Source: a phage
Sequence record: PX104379.1
Reading direction: 5' to 3' (one strand)
DNA length: 64,000 nucleotides
Below the pieces are notes generated by a model, which was not told where the DNA came from, ran no database searches, and worked only from the letters and a program-made list of their open reading frames with translations. Each line of letters opens with the position of its first letter. Position 1 is the first letter of the stretch. The translations under genes were made by a program, and so were the position numbers. Positions 12,533 to 23,496 of the stretch are shown here, one piece after another.

Positions 12533-13393
12533 TTATACCGCCATCTTTCCTTTAATTGACGGATGAGATACATAGTTGTTAAGAACAAAATTATGCGGCT
12601 TTGCGAATTGACTCAACCAAAATACCTGCGATTCTGTGTCCCATTCATCAAATTCATCTGGAAATTTTAATTGTAATTCGCATAAATCCATAGGTTCACG
12701 ACGCAAAATTTCTTTACATTGTTCTACGTGATTCATATAGATATGAGTATTACCACCAGAAAATATCAAATCTCCCGGAATAAGATTACACATCTTAGCT
12801 ACAATATGAACTAACGTAGCATATGATGCAATATTAAATGGAAGACCGAGGAAAACATCTACCGAACGTTGATACCACTGCAAATCTAAATAGCCATTAC
12901 GCACATTAAACTGATAGAACATATGACAAGGCGGTAATGCCATATATTTAAGTTCAGCTGGATTCCACGCAGAAACAATTTGACGCCTATCATTTGGCAT
13001 TTTTTTAATACGATCAACAACTTCTATAATTTGGTCTACACCGCCAAAATCGCGCCACTGTTTTCCATAAATTGGACCAAGTTCACCACTATGGTATCCT
13101 AAATCTTTTGCCTGATTTTCGTAATTTTCATCCCAAACTGTTTTGCCTTGGATTAACGAATCGTGTTGAATTAATCGTAAATCATTGACATTTGTGCTTC
13201 CCGATAAAAACCATATTAGCTCAGCAATGCATGCATTCCAGGCGAGCTTCTTAGTTGTTACTGCAGGAAAACCTTTGGTTAAATCCCATCGTAATTTAGT
13301 ACCGAACAAAGCAATTGTTCCTGTGCCCGTTCGGTCATCGGTTTCATAGCCATTTTCAAAAATGTCTTTAATTAAATCTTGGTATTGTTTCAT
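12533..13393 (-). CDS. td: thymidylate synthase, 286 aa, uninterrupted
   Basis: 286 aa contiguous ORF recognised as thymidylate synthase. Confidence 0.9.
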   Translation of the reverse strand: MKQYQDLIKDIFENGYETDDRTGTGTIALFGTKLRWDLTKGFPAVTTKKLAWNACIAELIWFLSGSTNVNDLRLIQHDSLIQGKTVWDENYENQAKDLGYHSGELGPIYGKQWRDFGGVDQIIEVVDRIKKMPNDRRQIVSAWNPAELKYMALPPCHMFYQFNVRNGYLDLQWYQRSVDVFLGLPFNIASYATLVHIVAKMCNLIPGDLIFSGGNTHIYMNHVEQCKEILRREPMDLCELQLKFPDEFDEWDTESQVFWLSQFAKPHNFVLNNYVSHPSIKGKMAV

Positions 13394-13438
13394 TTAGTAC
13401 CTTATATAAATTATAATACATTTTATGAAGCTAAATAA

Positions 13439-13798
13439 TCAATACGGTTTAGCATCAAATTTTCTCTCAATTTCAGGTGTGAAATATAATTCTTTACCGC
13501 GTTTGGAAAAGCGACCAATAATATGATAATTATTCTCATCAAACGTGATATTACCAATATCCATAGCTTTCAACCAAATATCGATATTTCTATCCAGCTT
13601 TATGTCAAAATTCCAATACGGAGAACTATTACCGAAAATACTACAAGCGGATTCGGTGAAACAGCTACTATAAATCTTGTCTTTAGGAACTACTAATTGA
13701 TAGACACCTTTAATAAACTGAGGACCTTGCCATTTTGGCTGTTTCGCGTCTTTTTCTAATAGAATAGGGTAATAATTAAAATTCATATTTTCCGCCAT
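13439..13798 (-). CDS. hypothetical protein, 119 aa, between frd and td
   Basis: ORF track; co-oriented; no recognisable motif. Confidence 0.6.
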   Translation of the reverse strand: MAENMNFNYYPILLEKDAKQPKWQGPQFIKGVYQLVVPKDKIYSSCFTESACSIFGNSSPYWNFDIKLDRNIDIWLKAMDIGNITFDENNYHIIGRFSKRGKELYFTPEIERKFDAKPY

Positions 13799-13806
13799 GC
13801 GTTATT

Positions 13807-14629
<823 letters not shown>

Positions 14630-14645
<16 letters not shown>

Positions 14646-14989
14646 TGAAAGGGGCCATAAGCAAATCCGCTATCTTTAATCATTTTAACTAAAGTTACCA
14701 TTCCTCTGTTAACTGCTTGTGCGATTTCATTAAAAACTTCATCACTATCACCATAAAGATCGCTAAAAAGTTCTAACACGTTCTTCTGAACTTTTAATTT
14801 ACAACCAACAAATTCGCCTACAGTAAATTCGTTTCCGCCAACTCCAGCGTAAAACGTAATTACACCAGTTAATGGTCTTTCACTAGAACATAGGTCGTGT
14901 GATAAATTAATATAAGCCGTCCCGGGCGCAGTTTTAAGTTGGCAACGAATACTTACTCGAGCAATTCCAGCTACACGAATGTCAGACAT
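14630..14989 (-). CDS. hypothetical protein, 119 aa
   Basis: ORF track. Confidence 0.55.
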
Positions 14990-14999
14990 ATTATTTTCC

Positions 15000-15242
15000 T
15001 CAAACAGACTTTTTCACAATTTTCCAATCAGCTTTAAACTGATCAACATCAGAATGATAAATCCAAAATCCTGCGCTTTCACCATCTTCATAAAGCGGAC
15101 ATCCATCGCATTCATCTTCCCATCCCATATCACGCAAAAGATGTTCAGCTTTTTCAACAAGTTCAGAATCTTTACCGATGATATTAAAATACCATTTACC
15201 TCTAACTTCCGAATCTTTGATGCTTTGACGTTGTAATCTCAT
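15000..15242 (-). CDS. hypothetical protein, 80 aa
   Basis: ORF track; GGAG Shine-Dalgarno; early promoter upstream. Confidence 0.55.
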   Translation of the reverse strand: MRLQRQSIKDSEVRGKWYFNIIGKDSELVEKAEHLLRDMGWEDECDGCPLYEDGESAGFWIYHSDVDQFKADWKIVKKSV

Positions 15243-15254
15243 TTTATTCTCCTC

Positions 15255-15300
15255 AAGTTGATAAGGCTATAGTATCATTACCATAGCCCGTTGTAAACAA
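15255..15300 (-). promoter_or_regulatory. T4 early-type promoter
   Basis: Plus strand gctatagtatc ... 16 nt ... gtaaaca (minus strand GTTTAC -35, TACTAT-like -10). Confidence 0.45.
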
Positions 15301-15594
15301 TTATTTTTGAATTTTATCGAGCCACTTACCAAGCTTAATCATTTCTTTAGTAGCCTTTTCCATACTTCTGAACTTGACCAATAGAGGATAGGTATCGACA
15401 CCCATAACTAAACTGGTTACAAGACTGTGTTCACCCACAAGCCATAACGAATACGTTTGAATATCGAGCCCGTAATTTCTGTCTTTGTGGACCCGTACAC
15501 CCATCACTTCAAATTTCTCACTAGCTTTTTCTACCGCATCCAGGAAATCATCTTTAGTCATATTAGGCCTTAAAAGTTTTTCGCAAAAGTTCAA
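15301..15594 (-). CDS. hypothetical protein, 97 aa
   Basis: ORF track. Confidence 0.55.
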   Translation of the reverse strand: MNFCEKLLRPNMTKDDFLDAVEKASEKFEVMGVRVHKDRNYGLDIQTYSLWLVGEHSLVTSLVMGVDTYPLLVKFRSMEKATKEMIKLGKWLDKIQK

Positions 15595-15928
15595 TGATTT
15601 CGTCTACATTGTTTTCATCTACAATGCAGTGAATTTTTGTTACGCCAGAAACCTTGTCTTTGACTTCATCTTCTTCAGAAGTCGGTTCTTTATACTCGCG
15701 AAAACAATGAAATTCGTCTTCACAAACGTTAAAGTAAAAATGCTTTCCATTTGCGCATTCAATGTGTTTTATTACTCTAAATCCATCAACAAAGAAAGCT
15801 TCTTTAACTTCAAACCATCCGCCGTTTTCTTGAATAATTTTAACTATTGATGAATTAGAACGTGGGCGATAATTAATAAATGTATCAATAAGTCTTGGAA
15901 CAAGCTCATACTTTTTGCCGATATACAT
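15563..15928 (-). CDS. hypothetical protein, 121 aa
   Basis: ORF track. Confidence 0.55.
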   Translation of the reverse strand: MYIGKKYELVPRLIDTFINYRPRSNSSIVKIIQENGGWFEVKEAFFVDGFRVIKHIECANGKHFYFNVCEDEFHCFREYKEPTSEEDEVKDKVSGVTKIHCIVDENNVDEIIELLRKTFKA

Positions 15929-15972
15929 TACGGTTTCCTCATTTTGATAGGGGCTTGATAGCCCCTTGATAA

Positions 15973-16200
15973 TTATTGTTCAATCAGTCCCATGTAAAAT
16001 TCTGCGTCTTCGGCATCCATGCCATCACAATATTCATTAGCCATAAAGCGGGTGAGGTCTTCAAGAGGACCTTCAACAACAATTTGAATACTCCAAAATT
16101 TAGAATCTTGCACACTTGTGATACTAAGTTCAGGATAACGATTACGAATAATTTCTTCAATATATTCAAAATCAACAACATCAATATCAACTTTAGCCAT
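15973..16200 (-). CDS. hypothetical acidic protein, about 75 aa (start at internal MAKVDIDVV)
   Basis: ORF-track ORF 15973..16263 trimmed to the Met preceded by a GAGGAAA Shine-Dalgarno; the early promoter lies inside the longer ORF. Confidence 0.5.
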   Translation of the reverse strand: MAKVDIDVVDFEYIEEIIRNRYPELSITSVQDSKFWSIQIVVEGPLEDLTRFMANEYCDGMDAEDAEFYMGLIEQ

Positions 16201-16239
16201 ATTATTTTCCTCTTTAATTATTAGCAGTATTGCCGATAG

Positions 16240-16295
16240 TTGTATAGTACCATGGAAGGACAAGGATGTAAACCATTTTGTGAAAAAATTTTTGA
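16240..16295 (-). promoter_or_regulatory. T4 early promoter with A-rich upstream element
   Basis: Plus strand gtatagtacc ... tgtaaacc ... gtgaaaaaatttttgaaataaaaaa; near-identical copies at about 32645 and 36285. Confidence 0.55.
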
Positions 16296-16322
16296 AATAA
16301 AAAAGGGACCCTAGAGGTCCCC
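16296..16322 (-). terminator. gene 32 rho-independent terminator
   Basis: Minus strand GGGGACC-UCUA-GGGUCCC followed by U6, 25 nt after the gene 32 stop. Confidence 0.7.
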
Positions 16323-16344
16323 AATTAATTAGTAATATAATCTA

Positions 16345-17253
16345 TTAAAGGTCATTCAAAAGGTCATCCAGGTCCGTGTCATCAGCACTAGATGAACTGC
16401 CAGAGCTTGAGCTCATAAAATCATCTTCAGTTTTTGTATTGAAGTCATCAACATTGAATGCATCCAAATCATCAGCAACTTTATCAGCTTTCTTAGCAGC
16501 AGTTGCAGCAGCACCGCCCATCACAGCAGTTCCCATAACTTGACCGAATTTAGTGCTCAGTTCTTCAAACGATTTGAATTTATCTTTAGAAGTCATTTCA
16601 GAAAGGTCAACCATTTGTTCGAACAGTTCTTTCTGGAAAGATTCATCGTCAATGTTTGGAATCGCAGATTGATTCAGGAATTTAGATTCGTCGTAGTTAC
16701 TAAAACCAGAAACTTGTTTAACTTTCAGTACAAAGTTAGCACCTTCCCACGGACAAGTTACATCAACCGGAGTTTCACCCATTTCAACATCAACTGCAAT
16801 CATTGCGTTGATTTTATCCCAGATTTTCTTACCGAAACGGTATTTAAATACTTTACCTTCATTTTCTGGAGCAGCTGGGTCTTTTACTACAAGAATGTTA
16901 GCCCAGTAAGAAGTTTTACGTTTAACAAGACCGTACTCTTTATTGTCAGTGTTGTACAAATCATTTTTACTGATGTACTGACATACTGGGCAAGAATCGT
17001 AATCACCGTGGGTAGATGAACAGTTTTCAATATACCATTTACCATTTTTCTTGAAACCGTGATTTACAAGAATTGCGAATGGTGCTTGTTCATCATTTTT
17101 AGACGGAAGAAAACGAATTACTGCTTGACCGTTACCCGCATTGTCGAGTTTCAGTTTCCACTCGCCTTTATCTTCAGAAGAAAAACCACCTTTATTTCCA
17201 GCCAGTTTAGCCATTTGTGCAGCGAGTTCAGCAGTAGATTTACGTTTAAACAT
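16345..17253 (-). CDS. 32: gp32 single-stranded DNA-binding protein, 301 aa
   Basis: Recognised as T4 gp32 ([17 protein letters not shown] ... zinc-binding [14 protein letters not shown], acidic Ser/Asp-rich C-terminus). Confidence 0.95.
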   Translation of the reverse strand: MFKRKSTAELAAQMAKLAGNKGGFSSEDKGEWKLKLDNAGNGQAVIRFLPSKNDEQAPFAILVNHGFKKNGKWYIENCSSTHGDYDSCPVCQYISKNDLYNTDNKEYGLVKRKTSYWANILVVKDPAAPENEGKVFKYRFGKKIWDKINAMIAVDVEMGETPVDVTCPWEGANFVLKVKQVSGFSNYDESKFLNQSAIPNIDDESFQKELFEQMVDLSEMTSKDKFKSFEELSTKFGQVMGTAVMGGAAATAAKKADKVADDLDAFNVDDFNTKTEDDFMSSSSGSSSSADDTDLDDLLNDL

Positions 17254-17335
17254 TTTTATTTCCTTTTTAATTTAATTAACAGTTGGTGCTATGACGATGT
17301 ATGACCTCATAGCTGGTCAGTGAGATAATTATAAT
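17254..17335 (-). promoter_or_regulatory. gene 32 translational operator (5' leader pseudoknot and AU-rich repeats)
   Basis: Minus strand leader GUGAGGUCAUACAUCGUCAUAGCACCAACUGUUAAUUAAAUUAAAAAGGAAAUAAAAAUG matches the known gene 32 autoregulatory leader. Confidence 0.7.
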
Positions 17336-17336
17336 C

Positions 17337-17344
17337 TATTTATA
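17337..17344 (-). promoter_or_regulatory. T4 late promoter core TATAAATA upstream of gene 32
   Basis: Exact TATAAATA on the minus strand about 90 nt upstream of the gene 32 ATG. Confidence 0.4.
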
Positions 17345-17352
17345 ATAAGCAA

Positions 17353-18006
17353 TTAATACTTGCAAGATTTCACAGTTTCAATAAAAACTTTTTTAGCTTC
17401 CTGTGAATCAATATTTAAAATTTTTCTATAAGCCTTTAACTTTATAGAATAATTATTCCAGACTAAATTATCAGTCTGTTCATCATGTTTATCAATTATA
17501 TTTAAAAATGAATCAAGCAAGATAAACGTTTCAAACGAAATTATGTTCGACTGAAGCAGTTTAAAAATATAACTTGATTGAACTTTTGGATTATATTCAA
17601 AGATTTCTTTAAAAGCAGAAACTTCAACTTTTTTACTAAAATAATAAATGTTGCGAATATCTTCTTCAAACTTAAATTTAATTTGCTTTAAGCGTCCGAT
17701 ATATTCACGATAAAACACAAGTGCATCAGCGTCAGAGATGTCACCAATCCAAGCATCTTGGTTAGCAACAAGATTGCTTATAAAGATTAAAGCAAGTTCC
17801 TTTAATTTATATTTTTCTGATAACTTCTGGAAAAAATACTTATCCCTTCGCTTTTGATAAGCGGCATCAGACACCCGCATGCACCAATTATACTTAATTA
17901 CATCATACTTTCCATTCATATGCTGTTTTATCATTAAGTATAATTTATAAACTGATTTACCATCAATGTATCTTTCACCACCAGCAGGCATGCGGAGTTT
18001 AATCAT
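17353..18006 (-). CDS. 59: gp59 helicase loader, 217 aa
   Basis: 217 aa, same length as T4 gp59; position between 32 and 33. Confidence 0.85.
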   Translation of the reverse strand: MIKLRMPAGGERYIDGKSVYKLYLMIKQHMNGKYDVIKYNWCMRVSDAAYQKRRDKYFFQKLSEKYKLKELALIFISNLVANQDAWIGDISDADALVFYREYIGRLKQIKFKFEEDIRNIYYFSKKVEVSAFKEIFEYNPKVQSSYIFKLLQSNIISFETFILLDSFLNIIDKHDEQTDNLVWNNYSIKLKAYRKILNIDSQEAKKVFIETVKSCKY

Positions 18007-18350
18007 AGCAGAAAATCTAATGTATTAGTTTTTTCACAACGAACAACAGAAGGACGTAAAAGATTTTCGTCAATAGCTTCTGACTGAATTTTTTCAATTA
18101 TACCCGAAGGAATAAATTTAGCAAATTGAGTTTCAGGAATAGAGTTTTCTTCCAAGAATGCTGTCGTAGCTTCAAGATAACTCATTCCAAATTCTTCTAC
18201 CATTTTTTCAATAATAAATCCATTTTCTTGGCGGTCAAGAAGCTTTGCTATTTCATCCTTTTCTTTCTTGATTGAAAGTTCTTTTTCTGAAAGCCCGGCC
18301 TCATCGACCGGGCGAATATCATTTAGAGAAAACTGTGTCATAAAGTTCAA
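18003..18350 (-). CDS. 33: gp33 late-transcription co-activator
   Basis: About 112-115 aa acidic protein between 59 and dsbA as in T4. Confidence 0.8.
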   Translation of the reverse strand: MNFMTQFSLNDIRPVDEAGLSEKELSIKKEKDEIAKLLDRQENGFIIEKMVEEFGMSYLEATTAFLEENSIPETQFAKFIPSGIIEKIQSEAIDENLLRPSVVRCEKTNTLDFLL

Positions 18351-18588
18351 CTACCTCTTCAGTTTCAGCTTCAAACACATCACGGTTATCTTTATGATAC
18401 AAAGCTAATAGACGATTAAACATCTTACCATCAACACCAAGTTCATCTTTGGCACGAATTCGAATATCTTTAATCAGTTCATTATAACCGGAAATTTTCA
18501 GTTTATGATCAGATGCTTCTTTAATAAATTTAGCCAAGTCTTCGCCGTGGATAGCTTCATCAAATTCAACCATTTCTTTTTTAGCCAT
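18319..18588 (-). CDS. dsbA: dsDNA-binding protein DsbA, 89 aa
   Basis: 89 aa as T4 DsbA; located between 33 and rnh. Confidence 0.75.
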   Translation of the reverse strand: MAKKEMVEFDEAIHGEDLAKFIKEASDHKLKISGYNELIKDIRIRAKDELGVDGKMFNRLLALYHKDNRDVFEAETEEVVELYDTVFSK

Positions 18589-18596
18589 TATTCACC

Positions 18597-19514
18597 TCAA
18601 AATTCATTAATGCTATTAGTTAATTTAGAAAGACCCGCTTTTACAAAATATGAATAAATTTTGCCACGCGGTGGTAATTTATATGAATTATAGTAATTCA
18701 CAATGTTTGAAGCAATATTATCAGGAATATAATCAAAATCAATTAGAACTAAATTTTCTTTATAACGATTATATTCAGATTCTGTAAGAAGCACCTTAGC
18801 TTGCTCACGGTCATTAGCAATAGCTTCAACGATTGAAGTTTTCATTGAAGGAGTTCGTTCACCTTCAACTCTGGTAAACCAAAAGTCAGATCGTACTTTA
18901 ACTGAAGCAACGTTGTCCTTTTTGTCGCCTTTAAGGATTTTAGTCATACAGTCAATTTCAGCAGAACCGCTTTTAATTTTAACCCATTTCTTGTGCATCG
19001 GTGACCATTGCTTAACATTTGGGTATTTGTGAAGCTGTGTAAAGTCACCATCCGACGAAATGATTAAAATCTTATGTCCTTCTAAAGAGAACTTTTTAAC
19101 AAGAACAGCAATGTGGTCATCTGCTTCATACTTATCAATATCCATAACAATGTATGGCATATAAGCTTTCAATTCATCTATAACTTTATGACTGGATTCA
19201 AAATAACCTTCCCAGTCCCAAGTCGATTCTTCTCGTGCTTTTCCACGGTTTTTCTTATAATAATAAGCAAAATCACGGCGCCAGTATCCAGATTTCGCGT
19301 TATCAATACACAGTACAATTTTAGTGTATCCAAGCGTTTTTGCTTTTTTGACATTAAACTTAATTGAGTTCAATATCAAATGACGAACCATTGATAAATT
19401 AATTTTTTCTTTATCTGGGAAGTTTACTAAAGCAGTTGAAAGCGCAATTTGACTAAAGTCAATAAAGCAAATTCCTTCTTTGTAATCTTCATCCAGCATC
19501 ATTTCTAAATCCAT
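18597..19514 (-). CDS. rnh: RNase H (5'-3' exonuclease / flap endonuclease), about 305 aa
   Basis: Recognised N-terminus MDLEMMLDEDYKEGIC; divergent from gene 34 as in T4. Confidence 0.9.
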   Translation of the reverse strand: MDLEMMLDEDYKEGICFIDFSQIALSTALVNFPDKEKINLSMVRHLILNSIKFNVKKAKTLGYTKIVLCIDNAKSGYWRRDFAYYYKKNRGKAREESTWDWEGYFESSHKVIDELKAYMPYIVMDIDKYEADDHIAVLVKKFSLEGHKILIISSDGDFTQLHKYPNVKQWSPMHKKWVKIKSGSAEIDCMTKILKGDKKDNVASVKVRSDFWFTRVEGERTPSMKTSIVEAIANDREQAKVLLTESEYNRYKENLVLIDFDYIPDNIASNIVNYYNSYKLPPRGKIYSYFVKAGLSKLTNSINEF

Positions 19515-19576
19515 ATGAACCTCGTTCAATTAGTGAGATTTCTATTATATACCATCCAAATCTTAAAGTAAACAAG

Positions 19577-19584
19577 TATAAATA
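19577..19584 (+). promoter_or_regulatory. T4 late promoter TATAAATA for gene 34
   Basis: Exact TATAAATA about 35 nt upstream of the gene 34 ATG. Confidence 0.75.
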
Positions 19585-19618
19585 CTTATTATTGAAAACA
19601 CAATAGGAGCCCGGGAGA

Positions 19619-22600
19619 ATGGCCGAGATTAAAAGAAAGTTCAGAGCAGAAGACGGTCTGGACGCAGGTGGTGATAAAATAATCAACGTAGCTTTAGCTG
19701 ATCGTACCGTAGGAACTGACGGTGTTAACGTTGATTACTTAATTCAAGAAAACACAGTTCAACAATACGATCCAACTCGTGGATATTTAAAAGATTTTGT
19801 AATCATTTATGATAACCGCTTTTGGGCTGCTATAAATGATATTCCAAAACCGGCAGGAGCTTTTAATAGCGGACGCTGGAGAGCATTACGTACCGATGCT
19901 AACTGGATTACGGTTTCATCTGGTTCATATCAATTAAAATCTGGTGAAGCTATTTCAGTTAACACCGCAGCTGGTAATGATATTACATTTACTTTACCAT
20001 CTACCCCAATTGATGGTGATACTATCGTTCTCCAAGATATTGGAGGAAAACCTGGAGTTAACCAAGTTTTAATTGTAGCTCCGGTGCAAAGTATTGTAAA
20101 CTTCAGAGGTCAACAAGTACGTTCAGTACTAATGACTCATCCAAAGTCACAGCTAGTTTTAATTTTTAGTAATCGTCTGTGGCAAATGTATGTTGCTGAT
20201 TATAGCAGAGAAGCTGTAGTTGTAACACCAGCGAATACTTATCAAGCACAATCAAACGATTTTATCGTACGTAGATTTACTTCTGCTGCACCAATTAATG
20301 TTAAACTTCCAAGATTTGCTAATCATGGCGATATTATTAATTTCGTTGATTTAGATAAACTGAATCCACTTTATCATACAATTGTTACTACATACGATGA
20401 AACGACTTCAGTGCAAGAAGTTGGAACTCATTCCATTGAAGGCCGTACATCGATTGACGGTTTCTTGATGTTTGATGATAATGAGAAATTGTGGAGATTG
20501 TTTGACGGGGATAGTAAAGCACGTTTACGCATTATAACGACTAATTCTAATATTCGTCCAAACGAAGAAGTTATGGTATTTGGTGCGAATAACGGAACAA
20601 CCCAAACAATTGAGCTTCAGCTTCCTACTAATATCTCCGTTGGTGATACTGTTAAAATTTCCATGAATTACATGAGAAAAGGACAAACAGTTAAAATCAA
20701 AGCTGCCGGTGAAGATAAAATTGCTTCTTCAGTTCAATTGCTGCAATTCCCAAAACGTTCAGAATATCCACCTGAAACTAAATGGGTAACTGTTCAAGAA
20801 TTAGTTTTTAACGGTGAAACTAATTATGTTCCAGTTTTACAGCTTGCTTATATAGAAGATTCTGATGGAAAATACTGGGTTGTACAGCAAAACGTTCCAA
20901 CTGTAGAAAGAGTAGATTCTTTAAATGATTCTACTAGAGCAAGATTAGGCGTAATTGCTTTAGCTACACAGGCTCAAGCTAACGTCGATTTAGAAAATTC
21001 TCCACAAAAAGAATTAGCAATTACTCCAGAAACATTAGCTAACCGTACTGCTACTGAAACTCGCAGAGGTATTGCAAGAATAGCAACTACTGCTCAAGTG
21101 AATCAGAACACTACATTCTCTTTTGCTGATGATATTATCATCACTCCTAAAAAGCTGAATGAAAGAACTGCTACAGAAACTCGCAGAGGTGTTGCTGAAA
21201 TTGCTACGCAGCAAGAAACTAATGCAGGAACCGATGATACTACAATCATTACTCCTAAAAAGCTTCAAGCTCGTCAAGGTTCTGAATCATTATCTGGTAT
21301 TGTAACTTTTGTATCTACTGCAGGTGCTACTCCAGCTTCTAGCCGTGAATTAAATGGTACGAATGTTTATAATAAAAACACTAATAACTTAGTTGTTTCA
21401 CCCAAAGCTTTGGATCAGTATAAAGCTACTCCAACGCAACAAGGTGCAGTAATTTTAGCAGTTGAAAGTGAAGTAATTGCTGGACAGAGTCAAGAAGGAT
21501 GGGCAAATGCTGTTGTAACGCCAGAAACGTTACACAAAAAGACATCAACTGATGGAAGAATTGGTTTAATTGAAATTGCTACGCAAAGTGAAGTTAATAC
21601 AGGAACTGATTATACTCGTGCAGTCACTCCTAAAACTTTAAATGACCGTAGAGCAACTGAAAGTTTAAGTGGTATAGCTGAAATTGCTACGCAAGTTGAA
21701 TTCGACGCAGGCGTCGACGATACTCGTATCTCTACACCATTAAAAATTAAAACCAGATTTAATAGTACTGATCGTACTTCTGTTGTTGCTCTATCTGGAT
21801 TAGTTGAATCAGGAACTCTCTGGGACCATTATACCCTTAATATTCTTGAAGCAAATGAGACACAACGTGGTACACTTCGTGTAGCTACACAAGTTGAAGC
21901 TGCTGCAGGAACATTAGATAATGTTTTAATAACTCCTAAAAAGCTTTTAGGTACTAAATCTACCGAAGCACAAGAAGGTGTTATTAAAGTTGCAACTCAG
22001 TCTGAAACTGTGGCTGGAACGTCAGCGAACACCGCTGTATCTCCAAAAAATTTAAAATGGATTGTGCAGAGTGAACCTACCTGGGCAGCTACTACTGCGA
22101 TAAGAGGTTTTGTTAAAACTTCATCCGGTTCAATTACATTCGTTGGTAATGATACAGTCGGTTCTACCCAAGATTTAGAACTGTATGAGAAAAATAGCTA
22201 TGCAGTATCACCATATGAATTAAACCGTGTATTAGCAAATTATTTACCGTTAAAAGCAAAAGCTGCTGATACAAATTTATTGGATGGTCTAGATTCATCT
22301 CAGTTCATTCGTAGGGATATTGCACAGACGGTTAATGGTTCACTAACCTTAACCCAACAAACGAATCTGAGTGCCCCTCTTGTATCATCTAGTACTGCTA
22401 CGTTTGGTGGATCAGTTTCGGCAAATAGTACATTAACTATTTCTAATACTGGAACGGCAACTCGTCTGATTTTTGAGAAAGGACCTCAAACTGGAACTAA
22501 CCCAGCACAGACGATGACTATCAGAGTTTGGGGAAATCAGTTTAGTGGCGGATCAGATACAACGCGTTCTACTGTATTTGAAGTTGGTGATGAAACATCT

Positions 22601-23488
22601 AATCACTTTTATTCTCAACGTAATAAAGCTGGTAATATAACGTTTAGTATCAATGGTACTGTAATGCCAATAAACATTAATGCTTCGGGTTCTTTAAATG
22701 CGAATGGCGTTGCAACATTTGGTAGTTCAGTTACTGCTAATGGCGAATTCATCAGCAAGTCTGCAAATGCTTTTAGAGCAATTAGTGGTGATTACGGATT
22801 CTTTATTCGCAATGATGCTGCTAATACCTATTTTATGCTCACTGCATCCGGTGATCAGACTGGCGGATTTAATGGATTACGTCCTTTGTCTATTAATAAT
22901 GCATCTGGCCAAGTAACGATTGGTGAAAGCTTAATCATTGCCAAAGGTGCTACTATAAATTCAGGTGGTTTGACTGTTAACTCGAGAATTCGTTCTCAAG
23001 GTACTAAAACATCTGACTTATATACACGTGCGCCAACATCTGATACTGTAGGATTCTGGTCAATTGATATTAATGATTCAGCTACTTATAACCAGTTCCC
23101 GGGTTATTTTAAAATGGTTGAAAAAACTAATGAAGTGACTGGACTTCCGTACTTAGAACGTGGCGAAGAAGTTAAATCTCCTGGTACACTGACACAGTTT
23201 GGTAACACACTTGATTCGCTTTACCAAGATTGGATTACTTATCCAACGACACCAGAAGCGCGTACCACTCGCTGGACACGTACATGGCAGAAAACCAAAA
23301 ACTCTTGGTCAAGTTTTGTTCAGGTATTTGACGGAGGTAACCCTCCTCAACCATCTGATATCGGTGCTTTACCATCTGATAATGCTACAATGGGGAATCT
23401 TACTATTCGTGATTTCTTACGAATTGGTAATGTTCGCATTATTCCTGACCCAGTGAATAAAACTGTTAAATTTGAATGGGTTGAATAA
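19619..23488 (+). CDS. 34: long tail fibre proximal subunit gp34, 1289 aa
   Basis: 1289 aa, same length as T4 gp34; first gene of the late plus-strand block after rnh. Confidence 0.95.
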   Translation: MAEIKRKFRAEDGLDAGGDKIINVALADRTVGTDGVNVDYLIQENTVQQYDPTRGYLKDFVIIYDNRFWAAINDIPKPAGAFNSGRWRALRTDANWITVSSGSYQLKSGEAISVNTAAGNDITFTLPSTPIDGDTIVLQDIGGKPGVNQVLIVAPVQSIVNFRGQQVRSVLMTHPKSQLVLIFSNRLWQMYVADYSREAVVVTPANTYQAQSNDFIVRRFTSAAPINVKLPRFANHGDIINFVDLDKLNPLYHTIVTTYDETTSVQEVGTHSIEGRTSIDGFLMFDDNEKLWRLFDGDSKARLRIITTNSNIRPNEEVMVFGANNGTTQTIELQLPTNISVGDTVKISMNYMRKGQTVKIKAAGEDKIASSVQLLQFPKRSEYPPETKWVTVQELVFNGETNYVPVLQLAYIEDSDGKYWVVQQNVPTVERVDSLNDSTRARLGVIALATQAQANVDLENSPQKELAITPETLANRTATETRRGIARIATTAQVNQNTTFSFADDIIITPKKLNERTATETRRGVAEIATQQETNAGTDDTTIITPKKLQARQGSESLSGIVTFVSTAGATPASSRELNGTNVYNKNTNNLVVSPKALDQYKATPTQQGAVILAVESEVIAGQSQEGWANAVVTPETLHKKTSTDGRIGLIEIATQSEVNTGTDYTRAVTPKTLNDRRATESLSGIAEIATQVEFDAGVDDTRISTPLKIKTRFNSTDRTSVVALSGLVESGTLWDHYTLNILEANETQRGTLRVATQVEAAAGTLDNVLITPKKLLGTKSTEAQEGVIKVATQSETVAGTSANTAVSPKNLKWIVQSEPTWAATTAIRGFVKTSSGSITFVGNDTVGSTQDLELYEKNSYAVSPYELNRVLANYLPLKAKAADTNLLDGLDSSQFIRRDIAQTVNGSLTLTQQTNLSAPLVSSSTATFGGSVSANSTLTISNTGTATRLIFEKGPQTGTNPAQTMTIRVWGNQFSGGSDTTRSTVFEVGDETSNHFYSQRNKAGNITFSINGTVMPININASGSLNANGVATFGSSVTANGEFISKSANAFRAISGDYGFFIRNDAANTYFMLTASGDQTGGFNGLRPLSINNASGQVTIGESLIIAKGATINSGGLTVNSRIRSQGTKTSDLYTRAPTSDTVGFWSIDINDSATYNQFPGYFKMVEKTNEVTGLPYLERGEEVKSPGTLTQFGNTLDSLYQDWITYPTTPEARTTRWTRTWQKTKNSWSSFVQVFDGGNPPQPSDIGALPSDNATMGNLTIRDFLRIGNVRIIPDPVNKTVKFEWVE

Positions 23489-23496
23489 GAGGTATT

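Noticed and set aside
12533-13393. Group I intron with homing endonuclease in td (and likewise in nrdB, 8481..9659)
   Set aside because: Both genes are uninterrupted at canonical length.
15973-16263. Long N-terminal extensions of several ORF-track entries (also 35632..35880, 35427..35645, 6866..8026, 8043..8477, 13807..14415)
   Set aside because: Promoters or upstream stop codons fall inside the extensions, and internal Met codons with Shine-Dalgarno sequences give products matching known T4 lengths; the features are trimmed accordingly.
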